DNA of 64,000 nt, taken from the NCBI GenBank assembly GCA_963789265.1, contig CAWBKB010000001.1, positions 1,856,001 to 1,920,000 of the forward strand, written 5' to 3'. The notes beneath the pieces were generated by a model. It worked only from the letters and a program-made list of their open reading frames with translations, did no database searches and was not told the origin of the DNA. Positions 9,331 to 20,379 of this stretch are shown here, one piece after another (position 1 is the stretch's first letter; every line of letters starts with the position of its first letter). The translations under genes were made by a program, and so were the position numbers. Source of the stretch: an uncultured delta proteobacterium (GTDB lineage Bacteria; Desulfobacterota; Desulfomonilia; Desulfomonilales; Desulfomonilaceae).

Positions 9331-10614
9331 ATGACAAATACTAAGCTTGATGCTGCAGAAGCGAGAGGAGTCGACGATTTTGTCAAGCCGGATCATCTGA
9401 TATCACCGGAAACCAAGATGTTCGTACAGACCTTGAGGAGGTTCGTGGACACAGAGATTCTGCCGCACGAAGCCGAGCTTGACGAGTACTGGGATTGGTC
9501 GGAGCGGCAACATAACTTCGTTCATGACATCTGGAAGAAACTGTTCATTGACTTAGGCTTGCAGAAATCTTTCGTTCCGCCTGAGTTCGGAGGATCCGGG
9601 GGAGCCTCAACTGTTGACATGCTTACAATGGTCGAAGAACTGTCAAGAGGAGATTATGGCGCTGCCACCACGGGCTTCATAACTCCCTGGTCGATCGCGG
9701 CGCTCACCATCCCCAAGCCGAATGAAGTCCTTTTGAAGAAATTCGCCCCAATGTTGTGCGGAGACAAAGAATACGTGATTTGCAGCGCCATTACGGAGCC
9801 TCATGCAGGGGGATCGGTAGAAGACATGAGATTGAAGGGATCTCAGATCAGAACCAGAGCGCGCTTAGAAGGAGATGAGTGGGTGATCAACGGTCACAAA
9901 TTGTGGCCGTCCGCCTACAGGGAAGCGAAGTTGTTCCGGGTCTTGTGTGTTGTGGAGGGACAAGAGTTCCCCAACCTTGCCCAGATATTTGTACCGGTTG
10001 ATACGCCCGGCGTGGCAACGAGCAAGCCCTATCGAAAAATGGGCACCAGTATCGATACGAATGGTGACATTTGGTTTGACAACGTAAAGGTCCCGAAAGA
10101 GAACCGTGCCCATGAAGATCCTGAAGACGAGCTAAAATCAGTTATCGCTAATGTAACCATAGGCCGCCTCACTTCAGCCGCTTTCCCGATGGGAATAATG
10201 AAGCGGGCTTATGAGATCTTGAAAGCATACGTGAACAACAGGGAAATAGCCGGCCGGCCGATGAAGGAGCACGGATCAATCGTTCACGAATTAGGACAGA
10301 TCGCCAAAGACATCATGGCCGCCGAAGCTTTCCTTTACTATGTCGGTGACAGGATGGATCGCCCAGAGATCTATGGTTTCCCGTGGGAGCCGAAGATCCT
10401 GGCGGCAGCCAGTGCAGTTCAAAATACGGTAGCCGATCTCGGCTGGGCCGTGGTCAACCGCTGCCTGGAGTTGATGGGATCTTACGGCTACTCAAGAGAA
10501 GGGAAAATGGAAAAGCTGGTCAGAGACCTCAAAATCACACAGATTGTGGTGGGAGGCCCCATCCTTCGCCTTGTCGAGCTGTCACGATACTATTTCGGGA
10601 CGGAGACAATCTAG
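9331..10614 (+). CDS. Acyl-CoA dehydrogenase family protein (catalytic Glu apparently missing)
   Basis: EELSRGD, AITEP, WVINGHKLW, ELMGSYGY; reads KITQIVVGG where IYEG is usual. Confidence 0.88.
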   Translation: MTNTKLDAAEARGVDDFVKPDHLISPETKMFVQTLRRFVDTEILPHEAELDEYWDWSERQHNFVHDIWKKLFIDLGLQKSFVPPEFGGSGGASTVDMLTMVEELSRGDYGAATTGFITPWSIAALTIPKPNEVLLKKFAPMLCGDKEYVICSAITEPHAGGSVEDMRLKGSQIRTRARLEGDEWVINGHKLWPSAYREAKLFRVLCVVEGQEFPNLAQIFVPVDTPGVATSKPYRKMGTSIDTNGDIWFDNVKVPKENRAHEDPEDELKSVIANVTIGRLTSAAFPMGIMKRAYEILKAYVNNREIAGRPMKEHGSIVHELGQIAKDIMAAEAFLYYVGDRMDRPEIYGFPWEPKILAAASAVQNTVADLGWAVVNRCLELMGSYGYSREGKMEKLVRDLKITQIVVGGPILRLVELSRYYFGTETI

Positions 10615-10672
10615 TAGACGTGATTCGCTTTCACGGCGGTCGGTCGGAGTAATTGTGTTCGGAGGTAGCGAT

Positions 10673-11497
10673 ATGAGACTGAAAGAAAAGGTGGCACTCG
10701 TCACCGGCGGAGGCACCGGCATAGGAGCAGCAATCTCAAGGCGGTTTGTTGCCGAGGGCGCGAAGGTTTGTATCGCCGGCCGCCGCCAAGAAATGCTCGA
10801 CAAAGTGGCTGAATCACTCCCCGCAGGAGCTGTGACGACCTGTTCGGGAGATGCATCAAAGGATGAAGATGTGGCCCGAATGGTGTCCACGACGGTTTCA
10901 TTTGGTGGCAAACTCGATGTGCTGGTCAATAATGCAGCGATAAGTGCACAAGGACCGGTTGGCGACATGGACCGTGCCGTTTGGCGACAAGTGATTGATG
11001 TGAACCTTACCGGGCCCTTTATGCTCATGCAGGAGGCAATACCGCACATGATAAAGTCCGGCGGAGGCTCCATCATAAATATCGCTTCCGTCGGCGGACT
11101 TCGTTGCCTGCCCGGTATGCCGGCATACTGCGCATCAAAAGCGGGCCTTATCATGCTAACTCAGCAGGCGGCACTGGATTACGGCCCGCACAAAATCAGG
11201 TGCAATGCGGTGTGTCCCGGCGGCGTCAAAACGGAGATGACCGAGAAAGAGTTCGGACAGTTTGGGAAAATGCTCGGCATGGATACGGACGGTTTCTTTG
11301 CCATGATATCAGCGGAGATTCCTTTGCATCGCTTCGGAATCCCCACTGAACTCGGCGGTATTTGCACGTTCCTCGCGAGTGACGACTCATCATTCATGAC
11401 AGGAGCCGCTCTGGTTATCGACGCCGGAACTTCCATCGTCGATGTTGTAGGGGCTTCTATCATGGGAGCACTCAGGCGAGGCGGTGTCTTGAAATAA
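10673..11497 (+). CDS. SDR family oxidoreductase
   Basis: TGGGTGIG, NNAA, YCASK; SD ggaggt. Confidence 0.92.
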   Translation: MRLKEKVALVTGGGTGIGAAISRRFVAEGAKVCIAGRRQEMLDKVAESLPAGAVTTCSGDASKDEDVARMVSTTVSFGGKLDVLVNNAAISAQGPVGDMDRAVWRQVIDVNLTGPFMLMQEAIPHMIKSGGGSIINIASVGGLRCLPGMPAYCASKAGLIMLTQQAALDYGPHKIRCNAVCPGGVKTEMTEKEFGQFGKMLGMDTDGFFAMISAEIPLHRFGIPTELGGICTFLASDDSSFMTGAALVIDAGTSIVDVVGASIMGALRRGGVLK

Positions 11498-11618
11498 GGA
11501 TGAAGAAGACCAAAAGTCGGGATTCTACACAGAGATGAGCGCCTAACGGCGAAAGTCTTCGAGGTTAGGACTACATGCTTCGGGATCTGAGCAGGAACAT
11601 CCATAAGAGAAGTGGGAG

Positions 11619-13307
11619 GTGGCCATGTTACACGATGCGTATGATTTGAGCTTTTACGAATTTGACGATGAAAGAGACCCGAAAGAGTACGGAGTGCTAC
11701 TCTGCGACGTTGTCCACGGCAGACCGCCTATGAAGCCCACGTACATGGGAATCGGCTGGTACTGGTACTACCACGGTGTCCGTTACGGCGCCGCGCATCT
11801 GAGCCTACCGACCACACATGGGTGGGATTCGAGGTTCGTCAAGGGTTACCCATATATTACGGCTATAAAGACGACGCCTGAAGAGGCAAAAGAGCGTGAG
11901 CCCATCTTCAGAGAGAAGATAAAGCCCCTTCTCGAGAATTTCGACGCAGTTTGGGACGCGTATAAGACTGACCTTCTCCGGATGTACAAGACCGCGAAGG
12001 AATCTCGGGGCCTCAAAGAGTGGAACGACATAAGGAAACTGGACAACAACGAACTCCTTTCCTTCTTCCTGGACTTCGCCTTTGTCCTCAATAGGAAGGA
12101 AGGAGAGGTCCACTTCATCATGTTGATGGCCTCATACTATATTAGCGGCGTCTTTCAGGATTGGTGGCGCACGTTGTTCGGTACTGAGGCATCTATTGAC
12201 CAAAATTTTCACCATGTGATGACAGGCTTCGAGGCGAAAGACACCGAAGTGGTTCGGGAGCTGTGGCGGCTTGGCAGGAAAGCCAATGAGATGGGTCTTG
12301 AGGCGGTTTTCCAGACGAGCGATAATGACGATGTGATTGACAAGCTGAAATCCAGTGACAAGGGGATGCAGTGGGTGGAAGCGTACCACGAATTTCTCCT
12401 GGAAAACGGGTGGAGATGTGACCGGATGCACGCTTACGACACCCCTGCGTGGATTGAAAAACCGGGTCTTGGTATCAGCCGAATAAAAATGCTCATGGGG
12501 CAAGAAATCTTCCCCTTCGACTCAGAACGTGAGCGTGTCAATCGAGAAAGGGAGCAAGCAGAGAAAGGGGTTCTCGCCAAAGTTCCCGAAGAGCAGCGAG
12601 AATCGTTTTCTCTTCTCATGCGAGCGGCTCAGAAGTCAGGCTACTGGAGCGAAGATCACACCTTCTACTGTGACTTTTACATAGGAGCCCTGGGAAGGTG
12701 GATTATCACCGAATTCGGCAGACGATTCGTTGAAGCAGGGTGCATCGATCAACTCGAAGACGTGCACTATCTGCATCCAAACGAGATCCGAAAGGCTGCA
12801 ATACCTATGGGCAGGATAAATCTTCGCCCTTACGTGGAGCGTCGGAAGAAACTCCATGAAGAGTACCTTGAGATCGAGCCTGCGCCGTTCTTGGGTGACA
12901 TCAGCAAAGCGCAGGAGGTACTGCGAAGCGATCCCACTCTTGTGGTTTCCACGCAAGTTCCGTTGGTGAGAGAGGAGCTCAAAGCAGACCTATACGGCGC
13001 GGCGGGATCTCCGGGAGTGGTCGAGGGTATTGCCCGTGTGATCATGAGTCATGACCGTCTGTCGGAAATAAAGCCGGGAGAAATACTGGTGGCCCCCGGT
13101 ACTTCTCCTTCCTGGTCGGCGGTTTTCAGCGTTGTCGCGGGACTTGTAACCGACGGCGGTGGAGTCCTTTCTCATCCCGTTATTATGGCTCGCGAGTTCG
13201 GGCTTCCCTGTGTGACCGGTTGCGTGGAGGGCACGCAAAAAATCAAGACTGGTGACCGCATTCGAGTCGACGGCGATCAGGGAGTAGTGTATATTCTGGC
13301 CAAATAA
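11619..13307 (+). CDS. PEP-utilizing enzyme, substrate-binding plus phospho-His swivel domain (phenylphosphate synthase alpha/CreH-like)
   Basis: C-terminal GSPGVVEG.ARV, TDGGGVLSHPVIMAREFGLP, IRVDGDQG; no ATP-grasp N-terminus. Confidence 0.85.
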   Translation: MAMLHDAYDLSFYEFDDERDPKEYGVLLCDVVHGRPPMKPTYMGIGWYWYYHGVRYGAAHLSLPTTHGWDSRFVKGYPYITAIKTTPEEAKEREPIFREKIKPLLENFDAVWDAYKTDLLRMYKTAKESRGLKEWNDIRKLDNNELLSFFLDFAFVLNRKEGEVHFIMLMASYYISGVFQDWWRTLFGTEASIDQNFHHVMTGFEAKDTEVVRELWRLGRKANEMGLEAVFQTSDNDDVIDKLKSSDKGMQWVEAYHEFLLENGWRCDRMHAYDTPAWIEKPGLGISRIKMLMGQEIFPFDSERERVNREREQAEKGVLAKVPEEQRESFSLLMRAAQKSGYWSEDHTFYCDFYIGALGRWIITEFGRRFVEAGCIDQLEDVHYLHPNEIRKAAIPMGRINLRPYVERRKKLHEEYLEIEPAPFLGDISKAQEVLRSDPTLVVSTQVPLVREELKADLYGAAGSPGVVEGIARVIMSHDRLSEIKPGEILVAPGTSPSWSAVFSVVAGLVTDGGGVLSHPVIMAREFGLPCVTGCVEGTQKIKTGDRIRVDGDQGVVYILAK

Positions 13308-13358
13308 CTGCTGGGAAGATGTGAGAATACCGCAAAAAGGGGTAGTGAACATAGGAAC

Positions 13359-13970
13359 ATGGAAGCGTTGAGGGCCAAAATCCTCCCGGCGCAGACGGCT
13401 CTTATAATCATCGACATGCAGAAGGATTACTGCTGTAAGGGGGGGATCTTCGACAGACGGGGGTTCGATGTCACTCCTTGCCGGCAACTGGCAGTGCGGC
13501 TCAGTCGATTTCTGAACGACGCCCGCAAGGCACTTAAACACATTGTTCATGTGAAGATGTCCAAGATCCCCGGTCTCCTTTCACCGCCGAGGGAAGAGCA
13601 CTACAGACGTTTGGGCATCGACAGAAAGTACGATCCGACCTACGGAGAATTTTACAAGATTCTCCCGCTGGCCGGGGAGACAGTCATCGGCAAGTATAAC
13701 TATTCGGCGTTTGTCTCAACCTACCTCGATCAGTTTTTGCGGTCCAATGGCATCAAGACTATGCTCATCGCCGGCGTTGCCACAAATGTCTGCGTAGAGT
13801 CAACCGTACGAGACGGCTTCATGCGGGATTACTACATTGTGGTCCCTTCAGACCTGACGGAGGGGACGAGTCCGGAGGCCAAGAAGTGGTCCCTGGCCAA
13901 CATTGACATGTTTTTCGGGGAAGTTGTTAATTCCGACGACGTGCTGCGATGCTGGAGGATCAGAGAGTGA
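13359..13970 (+). CDS. Isochorismatase-family cysteine hydrolase (amidohydrolase)
   Basis: ALIIIDMQKDY, KYNYSAF, GVATNVCVESTVRD (Asp-Lys-Cys triad). Confidence 0.9.
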   Translation: MEALRAKILPAQTALIIIDMQKDYCCKGGIFDRRGFDVTPCRQLAVRLSRFLNDARKALKHIVHVKMSKIPGLLSPPREEHYRRLGIDRKYDPTYGEFYKILPLAGETVIGKYNYSAFVSTYLDQFLRSNGIKTMLIAGVATNVCVESTVRDGFMRDYYIVVPSDLTEGTSPEAKKWSLANIDMFFGEVVNSDDVLRCWRIRE

Positions 13971-14393
13971 AGCTGTGCGAAGTCTGAGAGCCTTGGGTAC
14001 TAAGGAGTCCCGCTCTGAACGCTACAGGTATTTCTGCATTCGTTAATCTCCTCTCCCATGCCTTGATCGACAAGTTATCCGATTCAGGGACTAGCTTCAC
14101 CATGATTCGCGTGCTACGCACCAGTTTGAGACCATTGCATAGGAATCCGGAGTGAGGTGGTTTAAATATTCTTAACACGTTCAGGCTTCAAGAATTCTAC
14201 TTTGGTATAATTTACACGGGTGATCAGGTCTATCATAATTATCTGGCATGATATTTTCCACACGAACCTTGAGTTATGGAATTCTCCACATCGAGACGTA
14301 ACACGCGCAATATACAAGCGGAACAGCACGACATTTCAAGAAGCACGGGCCTGTTTCGAATCTACTGCAAAATTTAGGAATAGGAGGGAATCC

Positions 14394-15629
14394 ATGACCA
14401 ACTACTCGTACTTGGATGTTTTCCTCAAGAAAGAGGACTACATGCTACAGGAAATGCTCGGCAGTTTCGTCGACAAAGAGATTATGCCTGTCAGGCAGCA
14501 GATCGACGAGGACAAAGACCACGTGATCGTGAAGAGAATCCTGCAGGGTCTGACCGACCTAGGGATGCAGAAATCGCCGTTTCCCCCTGAATACGGTGGA
14601 ATGGGCGCCAGTTCGGCCGTTACGGCAGCCATAGTGCACGAAGAACTGAGCCGCGGCGACAGTGGTATATGTACGGCCGCCAACGTCACCACGTGGGCAT
14701 GGATTCCTGCCATTGCGGCGAACAACAAAGCAGTGCTTGACCGTTTCGCGAGTGATTTCACAGCAAAGGAACTCAGGATGGGATGCTTTAACATGACCGA
14801 GCCCGGCGGGCCTCATGGAGGTGGGGGCTGTGACATTGAGAACCCGAGCTTGCAAGGACGGAAGTTAAGAACCATCGCTAAGCTCGAAGGCGACGAATGG
14901 GTGATCAACGGTCAGAAGATGTGGGCATCCAACAGTGGCGTCGCCGACCTCTACTGCATGGTCTGTACTACAGATCCCAAGTTGGGAGACGACGGCGTTG
15001 CTCTCGTCGATGTACCGAAAGACGCGAGGGGAATTAGTTTCGGCAAAGATGAACATAAAGCAGGTATGGCAGGCGACAAGAACCATCCCATGTTTTTGGA
15101 GAACGTAAGGGTCCCAAAGGGATGGCGGGCGGCAGGGGCAGGAGCAGATGCCGACTTGTTGCATAACAACCTTGTCATCGGGCGTCTCGTTACCGCCGCC
15201 ATGGCTGTGGGGCAGGCCCAGGGAGCGTTTGAAACCGTGCTAAAATACACGGGTGAGAGGATTGTTGCCGACAAGCCGATCAGACAGCACTCCATCGCGG
15301 CCGGAATCCTGGCGGATATGGCCATCGGCATAGAGACGGCCAGATGGTCCTGCCTTTCGGCGTGCTGGATGTACGACCATCCTGAGAAGTATGGCCCACC
15401 CACGTCGAATTTCATGCTATCCAGGGCGAGTATTGCCAAGGTGTACGCAGCTGATGTGGCCGTATCGGTCACGAACAGGGCCATGGAGCTGATGGGTTCC
15501 TTCGGCTATGTGAGAGATTACGATGTAGAGAAATACTGGAGGGATTGCAAGATCATCCAGTTATGGGAAGGTGGCGCACAGTTGGGGCGCCTCGATGTAT
15601 GCCGCGGTTACTACGACTGTAATTTGTGA
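14394..15629 (+). CDS. Acyl-CoA dehydrogenase
   Basis: EELSRGD, MTEP, WVINGQKMW, MELMGSFGY, KIIQLWEGG; SD aggagg. Confidence 0.92.
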   Translation: MTNYSYLDVFLKKEDYMLQEMLGSFVDKEIMPVRQQIDEDKDHVIVKRILQGLTDLGMQKSPFPPEYGGMGASSAVTAAIVHEELSRGDSGICTAANVTTWAWIPAIAANNKAVLDRFASDFTAKELRMGCFNMTEPGGPHGGGGCDIENPSLQGRKLRTIAKLEGDEWVINGQKMWASNSGVADLYCMVCTTDPKLGDDGVALVDVPKDARGISFGKDEHKAGMAGDKNHPMFLENVRVPKGWRAAGAGADADLLHNNLVIGRLVTAAMAVGQAQGAFETVLKYTGERIVADKPIRQHSIAAGILADMAIGIETARWSCLSACWMYDHPEKYGPPTSNFMLSRASIAKVYAADVAVSVTNRAMELMGSFGYVRDYDVEKYWRDCKIIQLWEGGAQLGRLDVCRGYYDCNL

Positions 15630-15683
15630 AAGAAGCGTATTTTACAATTCGAACGGTCAATCACGCGATCATAGGAGTCGGAA

Positions 15684-18398
15684 ATGATTAAGACGAACAT
15701 CAATCTCAACGGCGTAAACAAAATAGTGGTCTCGGACCCGGAGGCTTCGCTGGCGGATGTCGTGCGAGGTCAATTGGGTCTGACCGGCACGAAGGTCGGA
15801 TGTGGAAGTGGCCAGTGTGGGTCTTGTTCGGTCATTATGAATGGTAAGCTTATCAAGTCCTGCATCACCAAAATGAAGAGGGTGCAGGACGGTGCCAAGG
15901 TTGTCACTATAGAAGGAATCGGGACACCCGATAATTTGCACGCTTTGCAGTTGTCTTGGACCGTTCACGGCGGGGCTCAATGTGGATTTTGCTCTCCGGG
16001 ATTTATAGTGTCCGCAAAAGCACTTCTGGACGAGAACAAGAGCCCCACGAGAGAGCAAGTAAAGGATTGGTTTCAAAAGAATCGAAACGCGTGCCGGTGC
16101 ACCGGGTACAAGCCTCTCGTGGACGCGGTCATGGACGCGGCGAAAGTTGTTCGAGGGGAAATGCCCCCAGCCGAATTAGCGTACAAACTCCCGGCTGACG
16201 GCAGAATCTGGGGGACCAACTACCCGAGACCGTCTGCAGTTGCCAAGGTCACAGGGACCATTGAATACGGCGCAGACCTCATCTGCAAGATGCCTCCCGG
16301 TACGTTGCACCTGGCATTGGTCCAGTCCAAGACTTCCCACGCGAAGATTCTCTCCATTGACACGTCTGAAGCCGAAAAGATGCCCGGTGTGGAAAAAGTG
16401 GTTACGCACAGGGACGTTAAGGGAAAGAACAGATTCGCCGGCCTTGTTACTCTGCCGACTAACAAAGGAGATGGCTGGGACCGACCGATTCTCTGCGATG
16501 AGAAAGTGTTCCAGTTTGGAGACGCAATAGCTATCGTATGTGCCGACACTGAGGCCAATGCCAGAGCGGCTGCGGACAAGGTTGAGGTAACGGTTGAGGA
16601 CCTTCCCGCTTACATGAGCGCACCGGCAGCGATGGCCGAGGATGCAATCGAGATCCATCCCGGAACGCCCAATGTCTATTACGAGCAGAAGCGGGCCAAG
16701 GGTCAAGACACCAAGCCTCTGATGGATTCAGCGGCTTACGTAGTGGAAGGGGATTACTACTTGCAGAGGCAGCCTCACTTGACCATGGAACCGGACGTCG
16801 GGTTGGCCTATTTTGACGAAGAAGGGCGCCTGACAATTCATTCCAAGAGCATCGCCATTCATCTCCACCATGCCATGATTTGCCCCGGGCTGGGGATTGA
16901 ACCGGAGAAACTTCGGCTCGTTCAGAATCCCGCGGGTGGTACATTCGGGTATAAGCTGAGCCCAACTTTAGAGGCACTTGTCGGAGCCGCGGCAATGGCG
17001 ACCGGCAAGCCCGTGGCTCTGAAATATGATTACCATCAGCACATAACCTACACCGGCAAGCGCTCTCCTTTCTTTATCAAGCTCAAATACGGGGCGGACA
17101 AGGACGGTAAGATCATTGCCATGGAAGGCGACTGGGTAGTGGATCACGGTCCCTATTCGGAGTTCGGCGACTCGCTGGCCGTGCGTGGGGCTCAGTTCAT
17201 TGGTGCGGGTTACGGAATACCCAACATCAGGGGTCTCGGCCGAACCGTATGCACCAACCACGCATGGGGCGCTGCGTTTCGGGCCTATGGTTCTCCTCAA
17301 AGCTTTTTTGCCTCTGAAAGTCTGATGGATGAGCTTGCAGTAAAAATGGGCAAAGATCCGTTGGAGCTGAGATACCTCAATGTGTATCGTCCCGGCGATA
17401 CCACGCCGACCGGGCAGGTACCAGAGGTTCTCAGCTTTCCGGAGATGATAGACAAGCTGCGTCCTCTTTATCAGGAGGCCCTCAAAAGGGCGCAAAAAGA
17501 ATCCACGTCCGAGAGTAAAAAGGGCGTGGGAGTTTCCATCGGAATATACGGGTGCGGTATCGACGGGCCGGATACCTCCGAAGCCACGGTGGAGCTTGTT
17601 CCGGACGGAGTGGTATTGTACGTATCATGGGAGGACCACGGTCAGGGAGCCGATATGGGGGCTCTGGGAACCTGCCATGAGGCTCTGCGTCCGCTGGGCA
17701 TCACTCCCGACAAGATCAAGCTGATTATGAACGACACGGCCATCACCCCGAACAGTGGGCCTTCAGGTGCAAGTCGTCAGCAGGTGATGACCGGAAACGC
17801 AATCAAGAACGGCTGCGAGATGCTCTTGAATGCAATGCAGAAACCCGACGGCACGTACCGCACCTACGAACAAATGACCGCGGAAAACATTCCGTTGAAA
17901 TATTCGGGGAAATGGACTGCGTCCATGTGCACTCCGTGCGATGAGAACGGCCAGGGAAGTCCTTTCTCGGTCTACATGTACGGTGTGTTTATGGCTGAAG
18001 TGGCCGTAGACACCAAGACCGGAAAGACACAGGTGGAGAAGTTTACGGTTGTTGCAGACATCGGCAAAATCAACAACAAGCTTGTCGTGGACGGCCAAAT
18101 CTACGGGGGAGTCGCTCAGGGCATCGGTCTGGCTCTTTCCGAAGACTTCGAGGACTTGAATAAGCACACAAGTCTGATAGCGTGTGGCCTTCCGTTTGCA
18201 AATGATATACCTGACGATTTCAAGATTATCTATGTTGAAAACCCCAGAGAAAACGGGCCGTTTGGGGCTGCGGGCGTCGGTGAGTTGCCGTTGACGTCGC
18301 CGCATGCCGCAGTGGTCAACGCCATTTACAATGCTACGGGCGTGCGGATCAGGAGTCTGCCCGCACTGCCGGAAAAGGTTCTGGCCGGTCTCAAATAG
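15684..18398 (+). CDS. mop: Molybdopterin aldehyde oxidoreductase (Desulfovibrio Mop type; two [2Fe-2S] plus Mo domain, no FAD domain)
   Basis: GCGSGQCGSC, QCGFCSPG, NACRCTGY, GGTFGYK, AFRAYGSPQ, GVGELP; 904 aa. Confidence 0.93.
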   Translation: MIKTNINLNGVNKIVVSDPEASLADVVRGQLGLTGTKVGCGSGQCGSCSVIMNGKLIKSCITKMKRVQDGAKVVTIEGIGTPDNLHALQLSWTVHGGAQCGFCSPGFIVSAKALLDENKSPTREQVKDWFQKNRNACRCTGYKPLVDAVMDAAKVVRGEMPPAELAYKLPADGRIWGTNYPRPSAVAKVTGTIEYGADLICKMPPGTLHLALVQSKTSHAKILSIDTSEAEKMPGVEKVVTHRDVKGKNRFAGLVTLPTNKGDGWDRPILCDEKVFQFGDAIAIVCADTEANARAAADKVEVTVEDLPAYMSAPAAMAEDAIEIHPGTPNVYYEQKRAKGQDTKPLMDSAAYVVEGDYYLQRQPHLTMEPDVGLAYFDEEGRLTIHSKSIAIHLHHAMICPGLGIEPEKLRLVQNPAGGTFGYKLSPTLEALVGAAAMATGKPVALKYDYHQHITYTGKRSPFFIKLKYGADKDGKIIAMEGDWVVDHGPYSEFGDSLAVRGAQFIGAGYGIPNIRGLGRTVCTNHAWGAAFRAYGSPQSFFASESLMDELAVKMGKDPLELRYLNVYRPGDTTPTGQVPEVLSFPEMIDKLRPLYQEALKRAQKESTSESKKGVGVSIGIYGCGIDGPDTSEATVELVPDGVVLYVSWEDHGQGADMGALGTCHEALRPLGITPDKIKLIMNDTAITPNSGPSGASRQQVMTGNAIKNGCEMLLNAMQKPDGTYRTYEQMTAENIPLKYSGKWTASMCTPCDENGQGSPFSVYMYGVFMAEVAVDTKTGKTQVEKFTVVADIGKINNKLVVDGQIYGGVAQGIGLALSEDFEDLNKHTSLIACGLPFANDIPDDFKIIYVENPRENGPFGAAGVGELPLTSPHAAVVNAIYNATGVRIRSLPALPEKVLAGLK

Positions 18399-18703
18399 GC
18401 TTGAACTGAGGCGACTTTTCTGCGGAAGACCCATTTTGATACGAATTTGTTTTCAAAATCTCCCCGGTCCCCTTTACAAAAGGGGGGAACTCCTTCAGAC
18501 GCGAGGTTAAGTCAACGTCTATGCGGCAAAACAGGGCTTATCATTTTGCGGTTAGGTCTGGAACTGCTCTGGGGCTGTGCTCACGACGTGAGCGTTCAGC
18601 GGGAAAAAGGTTTACCCGGTTCCAGGTTTAGCAGGCAGAGAGAAAGTGTCTCGAAACTATTTTGATGCTCGGAATTGTGGCACGATGGCAGCCCGGCACT
18701 AAA

Positions 18704-20379
18704 GAGAGTGTCTCAAAACGGTTGTAGTGGCACGATGACGACTCTCGGGGTGGTAGGGTGCGGTTAATCTCGCACCTTGGCCTCCCTTGTCTCCGACGAG
18801 CCGGGGCCGGCTATGAGTATGCCTCAGGCAGCCATGAGTCACTCTCCGTCCTGATGTCTTAGGCCGCGGTTAGCACCAGACGCCCCGTCAGCCAATGGCT
18901 GTAGAGCTTCTTGAGATTCAAGGTGGCGCACATCAAAGACCATTGAGCCCTCGCATTGGATAATCCGGACACGGTCCACCGTCTAAAGTCCAAGTGGCTC
19001 TTTATCCATGCAAAGACCGGCTCAATGATCACCTTGCGGGCTCGGAGTAGCGTCTTGCTTTCCGGGACCTCCCGTTTCTTGCGGTGGCGCTCAACTGCGT
19101 CACGATAGATGTTAATGTCTATGAGACGGCCATTCTTGCTCTTGCTGCACTTCCACCGTTCAGGACACGTCAAGTAGTCCCGGCATCGATACCGCCGGAT
19201 CTCGTTTCCGTTTTTTCCTGTGACTTTCTTCTGAAGAAAGTTCAGCGATGCGCCTTGCGGACAAATACAGACGTCTCGCTCTTGGTCGTAGACGAACTGG
19301 GAAGCGTGATAAGGGTCCCATTGAGCGCCTTTTTCCGCAGCGGACTCTCCCGACGACTTGGCGACCAAGACCTCGTACTCCTTCTCTTCGGCCAACGCGA
19401 TTTGAGCCGATGCGAAGTATCCTGCGTCCGCCACGGTTTCCTCTGCGGTTGCGCCCAAATTTTCCTGAACTCGATCCAGCATGGGAACAAGCTGCCCATT
19501 GTCATTGCCTTCGTCGACCACTTCCTCAGCCACAATCATGCCGCTTTGTTGGTCTGCCACCGCTTGAGCATTGTAAGAGGGCTCAGTAGACCGCCGGTTC
19601 TTCATGTACCGGGCATCCGGCTCGCAGGGATGGACGACCTTCTTGTCAGTCTTATCCAATTCCTGCAAGGCCTTCTGTATCCGCTCCTTGCGTTTCAACT
19701 CGTCCTGCAGGGCTTCGGGAAGACGCCATTCGCCACCCTCCTCTTGCTCGCACCTCTCTGTCTCCGTCATGACGTCGGCAACGCACTTGTCCAAATTCTC
19801 AAGCATCCGCTCCAACTGATCTTGGTTCTTGAACTTCTCCCGAGATGATCCGACAGGGATCTTGGTTCCATCCAATGCATGAACCGCCATACCTATCAAC
19901 TCGGCTTTGACTGCCACTTGAACCGATTGTTTGAATATTCCCTTGAAAACCTTCTTGTTGTCCCTCCAGAATCGCCACAGGGTATTATGATCCGCTGCAT
20001 TCATACCCGTCAGCCAAATCAATCCCATGTTCTCCATGCATGCCTTCTCAAGCTTGCGCGATGACCTGATTCTGCTGAAATAGCCGTAGAGCCATGCCTT
20101 CAACAAAAGATCGGTACTATAGGGAGGACGGCCCGTTTCGCCATTCGGAACTCGAAAACCCAGCACCTCCAAATCCAAGGAATCCACAAAGTCTCCTATG
20201 AAGCGCGCTGGATGATCAGGCCCTATCCAGTCATCTATAGCGGGCGGAAGCAGAAACACCTGCTTGTAGTCGGCTCTGATTTGCGGCATAATCCTTTCCC
20301 TCTCCGATTCTCTTTTCACATCTCATTAGTAGAATCGGTTGAGAATCGCGAGCCCAAAATCGACTTTTGAGACAGTTTC
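18704..20379 (-). mobile_element. IS1182 family insertion sequence
   Basis: IRs GAGAGTGTCTCAAAA and TTTTGAGACAGTTTC (13/15); TAAA target duplication at 18700-18703 and 20380-20383. Confidence 0.88.
18859..20289 (-). CDS. IS1182 family transposase
   Basis: GRPPY...LLKAWLYGY...SSRKLE, ALDGTK, YNAQ, VADAGY, CICPQG, IEPVF. Confidence 0.93.
   Translation of the reverse strand: MPQIRADYKQVFLLPPAIDDWIGPDHPARFIGDFVDSLDLEVLGFRVPNGETGRPPYSTDLLLKAWLYGYFSRIRSSRKLEKACMENMGLIWLTGMNAADHNTLWRFWRDNKKVFKGIFKQSVQVAVKAELIGMAVHALDGTKIPVGSSREKFKNQDQLERMLENLDKCVADVMTETERCEQEEGGEWRLPEALQDELKRKERIQKALQELDKTDKKVVHPCEPDARYMKNRRSTEPSYNAQAVADQQSGMIVAEEVVDEGNDNGQLVPMLDRVQENLGATAEETVADAGYFASAQIALAEEKEYEVLVAKSSGESAAEKGAQWDPYHASQFVYDQERDVCICPQGASLNFLQKKVTGKNGNEIRRYRCRDYLTCPERWKCSKSKNGRLIDINIYRDAVERHRKKREVPESKTLLRARKVIIEPVFAWIKSHLDFRRWTVSGLSNARAQWSLMCATLNLKKLYSHWLTGRLVLTAA

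Noticed and set aside
14244..14260. Sigma-54 promoter TGGCATGATATTTTCC
   Set aside because: The -12 GC is missing
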